Below are positions 27,780 to 41,085 of a stretch of DNA of 64,000 bases, piece by piece. Under the pieces are notes generated by a model that saw nothing but the letters and a program-made list of their open reading frames with translations, ran no database searches and was not told the DNA's origin. Origin of the DNA: Octopus vulgaris (taxonomy: Eukaryota); contig OX597821.1 of the NCBI GenBank assembly GCA_951406725.2, forward strand, positions 79,174,001-79,238,000. Direction: 5' to 3'. How positions within the stretch are numbered: position 1 is the first letter of the stretch; every line of letters begins with the position of its first letter. Position numbers and translations under genes: made by a program.

Positions 27780-30420
27780 CTAAGAGGAGGGGGCTGTGTT
27801 GAGTCCGTGTGGGGTATTGGTCTGTAGAGTGAAAATGAAAGGTTTTTCCAATTGAAGCCTGGATTGTGGAGGACCGTTGTGTGGGGCGATACCAAACACA
27901 GATATGTCATCGGGGGAATGGCTGGCCGAGCGGAATTGACGTGCGACGGGAGAATTGGACCGTAGACGAATATCCCTCAGATGTTCAGCGAATCGGTCTG
28001 ACAACCGGCGTCCCGTCTGTCCTACATACAGCATTCTGCAGAGGTTGCATTTAATGCAGTATATGAGACCAGACGAAGTGCACGTAAAATAATGTCTGAT
28101 ACGTACAGTTCGCTGGTTGGAACCGGTGACAGCAGTGGTGTTGGTGATGAAAGGGCAGGTGTTGCAGCGGGATCTGGAGCATAGGAAGGATCCGTGTGGG
28201 GCTGAGGGGGAAGAAGAGAGGGTGCTACGGACCAGGAGGTCGCGTAGATTCCGGGCTCGTTTGAGGAGGACAGGGGTTGGTTGAGGAAAATGGGGTGGGT
28301 CGTGGGATCGAGCTGGAGACGATGGAAGGCACGTACTATCTTCCGACGAAGAGGTAGAGTAGAGGGGTGGGAAAGGAGGGGAAACGGGGTGCGGTTGGGG
28401 GTGGGGGAGAGGAAGGAAAAAGGGCGGTGGTGCGGTCGATGCGACGAGCGTTCAATACCAGGGTAGGTGGGTATCCTCGATGCCTGAACAGGCGGGCCAG
28501 GTATTGAGACTGGGTCTCGAAATCCTGGTCGCGGCTGCACAAGCGTCGGAGGCGGAGGAACTGGGAGTAGGGGATGGCCCGTTTGGTGTGGAAGGGATGG
28601 GAGGAGGAGAAGTTGAGATAGAGGTGGGAATCCGTGAGTTTGAAGAAGGCGGAGGTGGTGAGAGAGTGGGAGGGGTGGTCGATGCTAAGAGAGATATCAA
28701 AGAAGTTAACAGAGGTATTAGAGATGGTGGAAGGGAATTATTGAGAGGGGTGGAAGTTAGAGAGGAAAGAGATGAAGTGAAAGAGTTGTTCGTGGGAAAG
28801 GGAGGTGGCACCTATGCAGTCGTCTATGTAGCGGCCGTATAGTTCTGGGGTCGGCTCGGAGAATTGGGAGAATACTTGGGCCTCAATGTAGCCAACAAAG
28901 ATATTGGCAAAATTGGGGCCCATTCTCGTTTCCATCGCGACTCCAGGCATCTGTTGGTACGTTTCCCCGGCGAACGTGAAACAGTTGAGGGTGAGGACGA
29001 GCTCTGCCAGGTGGAGATGGGTGGGGGTGATGGGGTGGTGTCGGGACGACGGTCGAGGAAGTGTTGGAGGGCTAAGAGACCGTTGTTGTGGGGAATTACC
29101 GTATACAGGGATTTTATGTCTAAGGTGAAGAGGAGGTGTGAGGGGCTGGAAGGGAAGGGAAAGGAATTGAAGAGACGGAGGGCGTGGTTGGTGTCATGCA
29201 AGTGGGATGGGAAGGCTGCGACTAAGGGGGACAGGATGCGGTCGAGGTATAGGGAAAGGTGTTCAGTGGGGCAATTACAGGCGGAAACGATGAGGCGGCC
29301 AGGGTTATTGGGTTTATGAATTTTGGGAAGGAAATAGATGGTGGAGGTGCGGGTTGTGCGGACGATGAAGTTGGTGGCGGTTGGGGGGAGCAGAAGAGGA
29401 GATGAGGTCGTGGATGGTGGAGGACACTCGCTGTTGGTAGGAAGAGGTGGGATCGGAGGGGAGGAGGCGATAGAAGAGAGGATTTTGAAGCTGGTTGAGC
29501 GCTTCCTCCCTGTATAGTTTTGCGCGCCACACCACCACTGCTCCGCCTTTGTCCGCCGGTTTGATGACAATGTCATTGCGGCGACGGAGGTGGCGAAGGG
29601 CAATCAATTCAGCCCGAGTGAAGTTGTCTCGGTGAGGTCTTTTTTTAAAGTTAAAGTGGTTGACCAACGCGTTGCAGTCGTTCACGAACAAATCTAGGCT
29701 ACTGAATTGGCCTGGGGCGGCGTCCAGTTGGATGGGCGGCACCCCAGCTCCAAAAAGCAATCCTGATTGTCGTGACGCTGCGGGGACGCGTGGGAGAATG
29801 CGCAAAGTTTGAGGCGGCGCAGGAACTAGTTGACGTCGATCCGAGTCTCGAATTCGTCACAGTGGAGCGTGAGAGGCGTGAAGCGGAGTCCCTTACTGAG
29901 GAGAGAGCGCTCGGCAGCGGAGAGGGGAAGATTGGGAGGAAGCGGGGTGGTGGGATGAGTGGGGTCAGGAAGAGGGGGTGTAGAGGTGTGGGGAGGAGAG
30001 TTGGGGTAGTTGGGTGAAGATGGGGTAGGCGTAGGAAGGTCAGGGTGGGGTGTGTGTGGGAAGAGGGGAGGGTGTGGTGGGTGCGGGATAGGAGGGAGTA
30101 GGTGGAGCTGGAGGGGAGGATGTAGGGGATGGGGGAGGGGAAGGAGGTGAAGGGTTGAGGAGGTGGTGGAGTTTTTTGTTTTTTGTGTGTGTGAGGAAGT
30201 TGTGAAGTTGGTGGTTGAGATCAAGAATGAAGTGGAGAATTGGTTGGGTGAAGAGTGGAGGGCAGAAGGAGTAGAGAAGGAGGTAAGCCTGGGGACGTTG
30301 GTGGTCAAGGGAGTGAAGTAGAGAGCGGGTGGAACGGATGGTTGCATTGAGGAGGAGGCGGGAAGTGCGGGCGAGGGTGGGTTCGATGACGGGGAGGAAT
30401 AGGGGGTGGCGTGGAACTTC
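27780..30420 (-). mobile_element. Penelope-like retroelement, frameshifted RT plus GIY-YIG endonuclease
   Basis: Motifs LLSKGLRFTP, KPADKGGAVVV, LDIKSLYTVIPH, GVAM..MGPNFANIF, RYIDD, YVGQTGRRLSDRFAEH and PHGLN spread across several frames. Confidence 0.93.
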
Positions 30421-31579
30421 AAGAGGACTTACTTGGAAAAGGATGCGTGGCGTTTGATAATATAATAATATAGATAATATATAAATATATGCATATATAC
30501 ATACATATATGTACATACCTACATACATATGTATATATACATGTATATATGGGTACAGGACATCAAAAAATCTTTGCACACAACGAGAAACGTAAGCATA
30601 AATACAAAAACATAGAAAAGAACTTTTTTCTGGAACAACGAAAAAACAGAAAAATGAGAAATACAGCATAAAGAATATCCCCCTTCCTCAGTTGTCCCTG
30701 TTTCAACTGTTCCCCGTAACGAAGGCAAGGACAAGATGCAACGTTGTTGAAACAGCTCTTCCCGCAAAGCAAATTAAATAAAATTTGGAATTTTATGCGG
30801 AGGGTGAAAGTGGTAACAAGTACAGGACAGTAAGAACAAAACAGTAAAAACAAACAGTGAGGGGTATTAAACCAAGACGATAGGAACATTATTATGAACG
30901 CTTAGGAAGACGACCTTATGAAGGAGACAGTATAAGCACTTTAGTCTTCACGAAGGTTGTGGGTAGAAAGGTAAATTTTTTTTCGTCACGTGTCAGCGAC
31001 AAGAATATCGACGAGGAGGAGTGAGAGAGAGGGAATGGTGAAGAGGAGAGGAGAAGAATAGGGAAGGTTGGGAGAGAAAACCAGAAATGATGAAGAACAA
31101 GAGGGGGAGAGAGTAAAGATAGAAAAGGAGAGTAGTAAAGATAGAAAAGTGCGCATTGTAATTATTAAGATAAAACTTCGAAAAGGATGCGTGGTGTTCG
31201 ATCATATAATAATATAAATAATATATAAATATATGCATATATACATATACGTATATTAACATACAGGTTGGCTTCCCATCCACCAAAAAAGAATCCCATA
31301 TAAAAATTTATTAAATCCTGGTCTTCGTACGATTATTACGTTTTCTTAAAAGTCATGTTCTTTTAAAATTTGCTCAAATGGTATACGTCGCGCAAACACT
31401 TGCATCAGTCGCGCAAAATCATCAATTACGCGAAAACATTCCTCGTTGGTGATTTCCCTGATTTCTACTGTGATTGCCTGGGAGCGGATGAGGGAACTTG
31501 AAATAAAGGATGGAGTTATATTATACATTTAGAAATAAAACGTGGATGAAATCCTATGAAAACAGTTAATTCTACTTAC

Positions 31580-31651
31580 AGCGTTGTTAAACGGGGCAGA
31601 TTTTGGAAAATCTCGGCTTTGATTGCATTCATTTCATTTGAACTTAAATCC
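31580..31651 (-). CDS. LRR exon, class C: DLSSNEMNAIKAEIFQNLPRLTT(L)
   Basis: 72 nt, tag/GTAAGT, no stop. Confidence 0.92.
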
Positions 31652-32713
31652 CTATAACATAAAATTGGGTTAATAAGCAATTGTATAGAACAAATTTTTC
31701 ACAGAATTTGGCTGAGCAATTAAATGGTGGAAGCGATGGAAACCAGAACAGTATGATGATTAATTAATTGTTACTATATATCATTGATACTTATACAGAC
31801 AAAGATATACTTTAGACATTCACGCAACCACACAGAAACACACAAGAACATATATGTGTGTATATACAAAGAGAAAGAGAGAAGAATTAGAGGAAGAAGA
31901 AGAATTAGAGGAAGAAGAAGAAGAAGAAGAAGAAGAAGAAGAAGAAGAAAAAGAAGAAAAAGAAGAAGATGGTGATGATGATGATGGTGATGGAGACAAG
32001 AAATGTAGGTGAAGAAGAAGGGTACGCGAAGGAAGTAGAGCAAACAGAGATACACACACAGACAGATAATCAAATGAATATTTGCACATTCAAACAAAAG
32101 CAGAAGAATATATATGTATATATATGTAAAACTGAGAATGTGTGTGTGTGTGTCTGTGTGTCTGTCTGTCTGTGTGAATCCCTAAAACCTGAGAACTACA
32201 CAACCAATTTCATTCAAATTTTACACATGCCTTACTTAGGGTCCAGGGAGTGTCATGGGCAAAAGAAATTTAACTTTTTGCCTAGGGCGAGCCCACAGCA
32301 ATATCATATCTTCTCCACTATTTCAGTATTACGTGTTAAAAGTGAAACAAAAACATCTCTCTGTTGTAATGTCAGATACTTTCACTTTAATACTGAAACT
32401 ATTAAAGTCAAACTATTATATAAGAGGGATAAACCATTAACAGTGAACATCCATTTTGCTAGAAGAAGATCCACTATGGTCTTATATATTACACCACTGG
32501 TTTTCAATTAATATTAATCAAATTAATATTCAATTTCTCACCCTTAGTAATTTAAATTTAAATTTAAACCCAGGACCATGTTTTGGAACACAGTTTATTA
32601 CCACACAGCCACATCTGCACCTATGTATGTGTGTGTGTATGTGTGTATAGCTGTATATGTATACATTTATTTCTATACATATAGATGTATATGTATACAT
32701 GTATATGTGTAGA

Positions 32714-32749
<36 letters not shown>

Positions 32750-32837
32750 TAGATGTACATGTAATATTACACATATATATTCACATATATACATGCATAG
32801 ATATATACACCCATACACACACACTCACACATACATA

Positions 32838-33160
32838 GGTGCAGGTGGGGCTGTGTGGTAACAAACTTCCTTCCAAACCACATGGTCCTGGGTTCAGTCC
32901 CACTGTGTGGTGACATGGCATTCGGCTTCTGCTATAGACTCAGACCAACCAAAGCCTTGTCAGTGGATTTTGTAGGCAGAAACTGAAAGAAATCAATCGT
33001 ATGTATATGTATGTTTATATGTAAGTCTGTGTATGTTTCTTAGTGTTTCTCCCTCATCACTACCTCACAACTGGTTTTCGTTTATTTACATCCCCATAAC
33101 TTACTGGCTTCACAAGAAGAAACTGATAGAATAAGTACCAGGTTTATCAAAATTAAAAAA
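32838..33160 (+). mobile_element. Decayed tRNA-derived SINE
   Basis: Homologous to 40333-40770, with GGTTCAGTCCC B-box-like motif. Confidence 0.75.
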
Positions 33161-33230
33161 AAACACTAGGCAGTATCACATATTTTTGTTTGCCCACACA
33201 ATTTATATTCGTGTGTGTGAGTCTGTGTGT

Positions 33231-33262
<32 letters not shown>

Positions 33263-33529
33263 GTTTATATAAAAGTGTATGTGTGTGACTTTGTTTCTGT
33301 GTTTCACCTTCATCACTGCATCACAACTGATGTTCGTTTATTTACATCCCCTTAACTTACTGGTTTCAAGAAGATACTAATAGAATAAGTACCAAGCTTA
33401 TGAACATAAAAAAGCACTACGCTGTGTCTCATATTTTTGTTTGCCCACTCAGTTGTATCTATCAATTTATCTTTGTGTGTTTATATATATATATATATAT
33501 ATATATAGATATCATACACACACACACAC

Positions 33530-33632
<103 letters not shown>

Positions 33633-33725
33633 CAAAACAATTTAGATTCAAATGAATATGGTACTTAATTTAGATGCACCAGAATTTTTATGGTATTACC
33701 CATAAAATTATGTGGGATGATTATA

Positions 33726-34135
33726 ACCAAAAATAAGCAACAAGAATGGATTGGTAATTTAGTACAATTGCTTCATACTATAACAATTTATTAAAGCTGC
33801 AAACATTACAGCAGATATAATATGTCAAGTAATCTTCAGCTAATTTCATATAGGTTTTCCAATAATGTAAAGTTCTCAAATCAATTAGTAACATCCTAAA
33901 GAAGGTAACTTCATGTTCCTGAAATTCATATCTACAGCTTTATCGGTATATTTACGTTCTCTAGGATGTTACTAATTGATTTGAGAACTTTACATTATTG
34001 GAAAACCTATATGAAAATTAGCTGAAGATTACTTGACATATTATATCTGCTGTAATGTTTGCAGCTTTAATAAATTGTTATAGTATGAAGCAATTGTACT
34101 AAATTACCGATCCATTCTTGTTGCTTATTTTTGGT
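33726..34135. repeat. Long inverted repeat (~175-bp arms) containing hammerhead-like motifs
   Basis: 33726-33903 is nearly the reverse complement of 33958-34135; third copy at about 35850-36006. Confidence 0.88.
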
Positions 34136-35788
34136 ATATATATATATACATGTATGTATATGTGTACATTCATATTTAATATATCAAAGACAATATCTTT
34201 ATGTGTTCGTGTATTATTTTTACATTCGAAAACTGCTGCACCGATCATAATGAAATTTGGAATACAAAATCGAAGCCTAGGGAGAAGGGTAATGCTGTGT
34301 GTTTCATACAATTTCATGGACCAAAATTATTGAATGGATCCAATATTTGAAACTTAGAATCAATGCATAAGGGCGGGTATAATGCAATATGCTTGGTTTG
34401 AATTTCAGATGGCTCAAAGGGGACATGAAAATTCATAAATTTTCAATGTTGATGAAATTTCAGCCATGGGTAATTGACACACATCAGGAAATATTCTCAA
34501 TGTTTCCACTTCACATCAGGATTCTAAAATTCCCTAATGGGGGCCTTAACTCCCAAATTTTAGATCCAAATTTTATGATCCAAAACTAAGTCAAAAGTAC
34601 TGAATGAATCTTTACGAAATTTGGAAATTATGTTCTATGCATACGGGCCACATTCCCCATGGCAATTTATATATTTTTGCTGTTGATGAAATTTTAACCA
34701 TAAATATTTGATACAAATGAAGTAATATTTATAAAATTTCATCTTCTTACAAGCTAGAAAGACCCCTTCATGGGGATTTAACACCCACAATTTTGTCATT
34801 TTATCTAAGCAAAGACGAATACAGTTGTACTCTTGGAAGCTGTTGGGTCATCCGAGCATAGAAGATGAGCATTATTTGTAATTCAATGGTACAACAGTGT
34901 AACAGTTTGCTTTGACATACACTTACATTGTGATTTATGCAATGTGGTGCATAAATGTCAAGTAAATGAGAGGCATCTTTGCCTCCACTGATTCAGTTGC
35001 AAAGTGTTCAGTAAAGTTATTTGATTGCAGATCACCTTTCAGTCTTTTTATTAACACTGGGTCACACATAGTCCCCACATGGTGACATTGATTACAAGGC
35101 CTTCCCAAATGAGTGACTGGTTATTCAAAGACATTTATAGATTGTATATTTATTCTGTCCAGTTACGTATCAGTATAGTGGTCATTCGCAAACTCCAACT
35201 TTCATTTCTCCTTAGCCCTCACGTCACACAATTGTTAATGTTTATTTCAGTTGGGTCACGCCCTTCCAATTGCTATAGATTCGTAATGCATCTTACAGCT
35301 GTGCCTGTCTTGACGATGAGGAATACTACATTGGGAGTGGTAATGACTAGCTTATTGTGATCATTCGTCATTTGGCTTCCTGTAACTTTGCTCTCTTTTA
35401 CAAACCCAGTGAACATATATTTCCTATAACAAAGAAATTCAAACAATAGATATAAGATCCAAGTTGAAAAGATTCTCAACAATTCAACTTCTCTGATTGA
35501 CATTAAGATGCCTATCCCCAATATGGGCGTTAACTCTCACATTTTAGAGCTCCATTACCTTCATTTTTCAGGAGCAAAATCTTTTTAACAGGTTCGGTTA
35601 AACAGGAATTTTGCAATATGCGCATAAAAATCAGTATTATAGGATACATGTCACGATTCCAATGTTTTTTGGGTGTGTAAAGAGGGAAATAACCCACATC
35701 TGCAATTTTGATGAAATTCGAAAATATAGCCGAAAAGTCTAATTCTTCAATTGTAAGTAACACGGGCAACGCCGGGTATCTCTGCTAG

Positions 35789-35849
<61 letters not shown>

Positions 35850-35877
35850 AAAAATGAGCAACAAGAATGAATCCGGT

Positions 35878-35968
35878 AATTTAGTACAATTGTTTCATAC
35901 TACAACATTTTATTAAAAGCTGTAAATATTACAGCAGATTTAAGATGTTGAGTAATCTTCAGCTAATT
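35878..35968 (-). ncRNA. Type I hammerhead-like motif in the sense orientation of the LRR gene
   Basis: Minus strand: aattag-CTGAAGA-ttact...agtat-GAAA-caattg-TA-ctaaatt; first pair of stem II is U.U. Confidence 0.55.
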
Positions 35969-36020
35969 TATATAGGTTTTCCAATAATATAAAAGTTTTC
36001 AAATCATTTATCCAACTTAC

Positions 36021-36092
36021 AGAGATCTTAAACTGGGCAGGTCTGGGAAAGCTCCTACTTCAATTGTTTCGATATTATTATTTTGCAAATAT
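36021..36092 (-). CDS. LRR exon, class A: YLQNNNIETIEVGAFPDLPSLRS(L)
   Basis: 72 nt, cag/GTAAGT, no stop. Confidence 0.92.
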
Positions 36093-36626
36093 CTGTAATA
36101 TAAAATATATTTTCATATGTGAAATTATAGAAGTGTTGTATAATAAAAAATATTATGATTAAACGAATACTTGCTGGAAGAATAAGAACATGATGAGTAG
36201 CACGATGATGATAATTTAGACGCTATAGTATTTGGGTCTAATATTGTGATACTGATAATATTAATGATAATGATATTGAATATATAGATAGTGATCATGA
36301 AGAAATGTAAATATAAAAGAGGAATGGAAATTTTATTTGAAATTTGTGACAACGGAATGAATAAAGAGAAAAAGTGTTCGGAGAAAAATTGAAGCGTTTG
36401 GAGAATAGAAAGGAACTGAGAAAGAGGGAGGAGGGACGAAGGTCGAGAGTAGAAAATTAAAATGTCGAACAGAAGTAAAAGGGGGAGAAGGGGGAAGACG
36501 AATTAGTAAAATAGAAATGTGAAGAAGATATGAAGAATAATAAGAAAAGGTTGAATAAAAAATTATATTGGCGCAAAATATGGAGAAAAAGAAGAAATAG
36601 AAAGACCAGAAAATGATGAATGATGA

Positions 36627-36657
<31 letters not shown>

Positions 36658-37164
36658 AAGAAGAAGAAGAAGAACAAGAACAAGAACAAGAACAAGAACA
36701 AGAACATGAAGAAGGAAGTAAAACAACAACAACATCAACAGAAACAACGACGATGAGTGCAACAACAACAACAAATGTTACAATAAGGATAAGAAGTCAA
36801 TTTTATGATGGTAGTCAATGGTGATAGAGACGTCATCATCGCACAGATTTGTTTGCTCAAATGTCACAATTTCAAATATTTGTTTTCTGCGGAAAAGGTT
36901 CTCAGTGATATTAATATAGAAAATGACACACTTTGACTAGAGAGAGACTTTACACATACACGAACTCACACACAAGCGTACACTAACTTGTTCTTCGGAA
37001 CTATATCGCTCTCACATACAATATAATTAAGTAATGGGAATACACTCTGAGACACACATATTCGAAAACAATAAGACACATCTTCAATTCAAGGATGGAA
37101 AATTAGTACAGATTTAGTAATATATTGTCAACGAATTAGTGTAAGAAAGAATTATTAAACTTAC

Positions 37165-37236
37165 AGATTTGTTAAACTGGACAGATTTCGGAAGGTATCT
37201 GCTTTGATTTCCTTCATGTCATTAGAGGCCAAGTAT
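37165..37236 (-). CDS. LRR exon, class B: YLASNDMKEIKADTFRNLSSLTN(L)
   Basis: 72 nt, cag/GTAAGT, no stop. Confidence 0.92.
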
Positions 37237-37629
37237 CTGGAAAACAATATTGGGTTAAGAAGGAATTGTAAAGAATATATTTGTGACGAAAGACTGGCGA
37301 AACAATTAAATGATGCCGGATGTGGAATGTAGATCGCGGATTATATTTAATTCCATAAAGTCTCTTAGCACCGAAGATGATGTTGATGTTAATGATTGTA
37401 ATGAAGATGAAGACGAGGTCAATTTTCCCGATAGTAGTGGACAATGTGATAGTGATGAATAAGTTGATGAAACAGAGAAGAGTAAATGGTTTGTAACGAT
37501 GACGACGAATATCTTCAGAAGATAGGATGGATTTTGTTAATGTAGATTATTCTCATAATGAAGAGGATTAGCACGTCCATGATGATTCTGAATATGATAT
37601 TGATTATGATGTAAGTGGGGATGTTAACG

Positions 37630-38057
37630 TTGGCGATGAGGATGATGATAATGAAGACGATGATGATGATGATGACGATGATGATGATGACGATGATGAC
37701 GATGACGATGATGATGATGAGGATGGTGATGATGATGACGATGATGACGATGATGATAATGATGATGATGACGATGATGATGATGATGATAATGATGATC
37801 ATGATGATGATAATGATGATCATGATGATCATGAAGATGATGATGACGATGATGACGATGATGACGATGATGATGATGATGATCAAGACGATGATGATGA
37901 TGATGACGATGACGAAGACAATGATGATCATGATGATGATAATGCCGATGATGACGATGATGGCGATGATGACGATGATGATGATGACGATGGCGATGAT
38001 GATGACGATGACGAAAACGATGACGATGACGATGATGATGATGATGATGATGACGAC

Positions 38058-38104
<47 letters not shown>

Positions 38105-38250
38105 CGATGATGATGATGATGATGACAATGATGATGATGGTGATGATGATGACGATGATGATGATGATGATGACCATGATAATGATGATGATGATGACGA
38201 CGATGACGATGATGATGATGATGATGATGATGACGATGATGATGATGATA
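37630..38250. repeat. (GAT/GAC)n trinucleotide tract
   Basis: Directly visible. Confidence 0.95.
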
Positions 38251-38404
38251 GGATCAAGTAGACGAAGAAGAAGGTGAAGAAGAACAACAACAAGGAGATG
38301 TTAGTTCAGCATTCACAGACTAGTTTCGGAGTATATGCCATTTATCAATACGGAGTACATAAACTCAACTCAGCAGGGGTCGCTGTTAACTGTCTGGTCG
38401 AATA

Positions 38405-38449
<45 letters not shown>

Positions 38450-38741
38450 TGGCCTGCTCGCTTAGCCAGCGGGGTGGCGTCATTCGAAGGCTAAAACAAT
38501 GCGAACGCATTGTGACCAGCGATGTGTGGGGGCATCTGATGGCCTGGTCGGTCACGGTCACGTGATATATATATATATTCAGTGAGAGACATCTACTGGA
38601 TCTTCAAAGATAGAAATACTTTTTCTAAATCTCTCTAAATATATGTACATAAACAGATTTCAATTGATTTTTCTACTTATTTGCCTCAGACTTATATACG
38701 TCAGAAAAGAGTCCTCACTAACATTGACACTCATTAATATA

Positions 38742-39269
38742 CAGGGTGGCCACCAAAATAAATTAGAACCCAAATATATTTTATTTAATCCTACAAAGTT
38801 CCAGCAAATGTCTTGAAATTTGCTGGACTTAAACTTAGAGCTGTGTATGATTATTCCCTTTGCTTAAAAGTCATATCTGTTTCAAAATATGCTCCAAATG
38901 ACAAACATTGCGCAAACAATTGCAAACGTCGTACAAAATTGTCAATTACTCGAACACATTCTTCTTTGAGCATTTCCCTGATTTTTTGGCTGTGATTGCT
39001 GGCTTCAGTTCATTAATCGTTGAGTTTCCAACTTTAATAAAATCTAGGAGTTCCTAGACCAATAAATGTGGTGCCCACTCACATTTCCTGCTGATCAGCC
39101 TCTCCTGAAATCGCTCTGTCAGCCAGGCTAGGGAATCATTTGATACCTGAGGGGGGGGGCGTCTTGCTGAACCCACAGTTCATCTCGATCTATCCGTCAG
39201 TGAAATTTTATTCAAACAGTTTAATTCAAAGCTTTCTGAGATCTTTTTTCATTTCTTTTGGCCACCCTG
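38742..39269 (-). mobile_element. Internally deleted Tc1/mariner-superfamily element; copies at the equivalent site in all six B-C introns
   Basis: TIRs CAGGGTGGCCA...TGGCCACCCTG after TA; decayed QQD.AP/WLTERF...LISRKCEWAPH transposase relic; copies at about 21400-21783, 31262-31480, 47205-48200, 56432-56979 and 62635-62690. Confidence 0.75.
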
Positions 39270-39493
39270 CATAAAACATACACTTTGGACAGAGAAAGAT
39301 ATTCCGCAACCATAAATACATACACATACATGCACCAGAGGGTTCCCCTGAACTATCACACTGTCATATATCACATAACTAAAAAAATGACTACACACTC
39401 ACACACACGTCGATTTCCAGACAAAAAACACATTTGTTGCAAGTCGGGTGGGGTAGCTTCAAATGAAGGATAGGAAAATATTATTCTACTTAC

Positions 39494-39565
39494 AGAGTTG
39501 TTAAACTGGACAGATTTCGGAAGATGTCGGCTTTGATTGCCTTCATATAATTTGAACTTAAATCC
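39494..39565 (-). CDS. LRR exon, class C: DLSSNYMKAIKADIFRNLSSLTT(L)
   Basis: 72 nt, cag/GTAAGT, no stop. Confidence 0.92.
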
Positions 39566-40332
39566 CTGGAACATAAAATTGAGTTAATAAGCAATTGTAT
39601 AGAACATATATTTACCAGAATTTGGCTAAGCAATTAAATGATGGAAGCGATGGAAATCAGAACACGATGAGGATTCATTCAAGAAGACAAAGAAGAAGAC
39701 GAAGTAAATGAAGGAGTAGGATGAGAAGAAAAGGAAGGTTAATAATAATAAAATAAGAAGAATGAGGAGGAGGAGGAGGAGGAGGAGGAGGAGGAGAAGA
39801 AGAAGAACAACAACAACAACAACAATAAAACATTAAAAAATGATGCAGAATAAAAAAAAGGAAGAATCGAAAGAGAAAAAGCAAATGATGATTATGATGA
39901 TAATGATGATGATGATGATGAAGAACACAGTTTCCTTCTGTTTTCTATGATGATGATGCTAATTATGATGGAAATGAGGATACATGTGGTTCACATTCTT
40001 GCTGCAAAAATATATAGTATAGGAATAAGAATAGCTAAAAGAACAAGAAAAGAATGAATGAAAGAGCAATAAAAAGAAAGTAGTAGTAGTAGTAGTAGTA
40101 GTAGTCACTGTTGCAGCAATGTCTGTTGTTGTAAAGGAAGCAACGTTCGAGTGGATACGAACATGACGCAGGGTGGGTAAAACGCAAAATATTATAGATG
40201 CCCACACATATTGAGATGCACACAATCACAGACACACATTTTTACAGACACTCACAATCACACATTTCTTGGAGGAAGAAGGATATGGTGTGAATGAGAA
40301 GATTATGAATATTTATTAGTATTTAGTATATA

Positions 40333-40494
40333 GGCGCAGGAGTGGCTGTGTGGTAAGTTGCTTGCTTACCAGCCACATGGTTCCGGGTTCAGTCCCACAG
40401 CGTGGCACCTTGGGCAAGTGTCTTCTACTATAGCCTTGGGCCGACCAAAGATTTATGAGTGGATTTGGTAGACGGAAACTGAAAGAAGCCCGCC

Positions 40495-40547
<53 letters not shown>

Positions 40548-40767
40548 CGTGTGTTTGTGTGTCTGTGTTTGTCCCCCTAGCATTACTTGACAACCGATGC
40601 TAGTGTGTTTATGTCCCCGTCACCTAGCGGTTCGGCAAAAGAGACCGATGGAATAAATACTGGGCTTACAAAGAATAAGTCCCGGGGTCGAGTTGCTCGA
40701 TTAAAGGCGGTGCTCCAGTATGGCCGCAGTCAAATGACTGAAACAAGTAAAAGAGTAAAGAGAGAGT
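40333..40767 (+). mobile_element. tRNA-derived SINE
   Basis: A-box-like TGGCTGTGTGG, B-box-like GGTTCAGTCCC, internal (TA)n(TG)n, GAGTAAA tail; near-identical to 47378-47825. Confidence 0.85.
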
Positions 40768-40777
40768 ATATTGTCAA

Positions 40778-40970
40778 AACGAGGCAATTTCTACTTTTCT
40801 CCTCTGGAAGCCATCTACTCGCGATACCAGAGGGCGCACACTCTCCTACCCTGATGTAATCTCCATGGATACAGGCATCCAGCAACAGGACGTCCGTAAT
40901 GCTATGATGGACCGTGAAGTCTGGCATAGTAAATTCCATTGTCTCGACCACGGTCGAACAATGATGAATG
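40778..40970 (+). mobile_element. 5'-truncated RTE-type LINE fragment with 10-bp target-site duplication
   Basis: ATATTGTCAA at 40768-40777 and 40971-40980; encodes LLWKPS...RGRTLSYPDVISMDTG...AMMDREVW, resembling an RTE ORF C-terminus. Confidence 0.75.
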
Positions 40971-41013
40971 ATATTGTCAATGAAATTTTACGAACATGAC
41001 TTATGTAACTTAC

Positions 41014-41085
41014 AGATATTTTAAACTGGGCAGGACATGCAAGGCTCTTACTCCAATGATTTCGATATTATTACTTTGCAAATGT
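41014..41085 (-). CDS. LRR exon, class A: HLQSNNIEIIGVRALHVLPSLKY(L)
   Basis: 72 nt, cag/GTAAGT, no stop. Confidence 0.9.

Noticed and set aside
37515-38293. Met-rich and Ile-rich ORFs (reflectin-like at first glance)
   Set aside because: Pure (GAT/GAC)n tract; no reflectin repeat motif and none of its Tyr/Arg/Trp content
40333-40410. tRNA gene
   Set aside because: A/B boxes belong to a multi-copy SINE head; no complete cloverleaf
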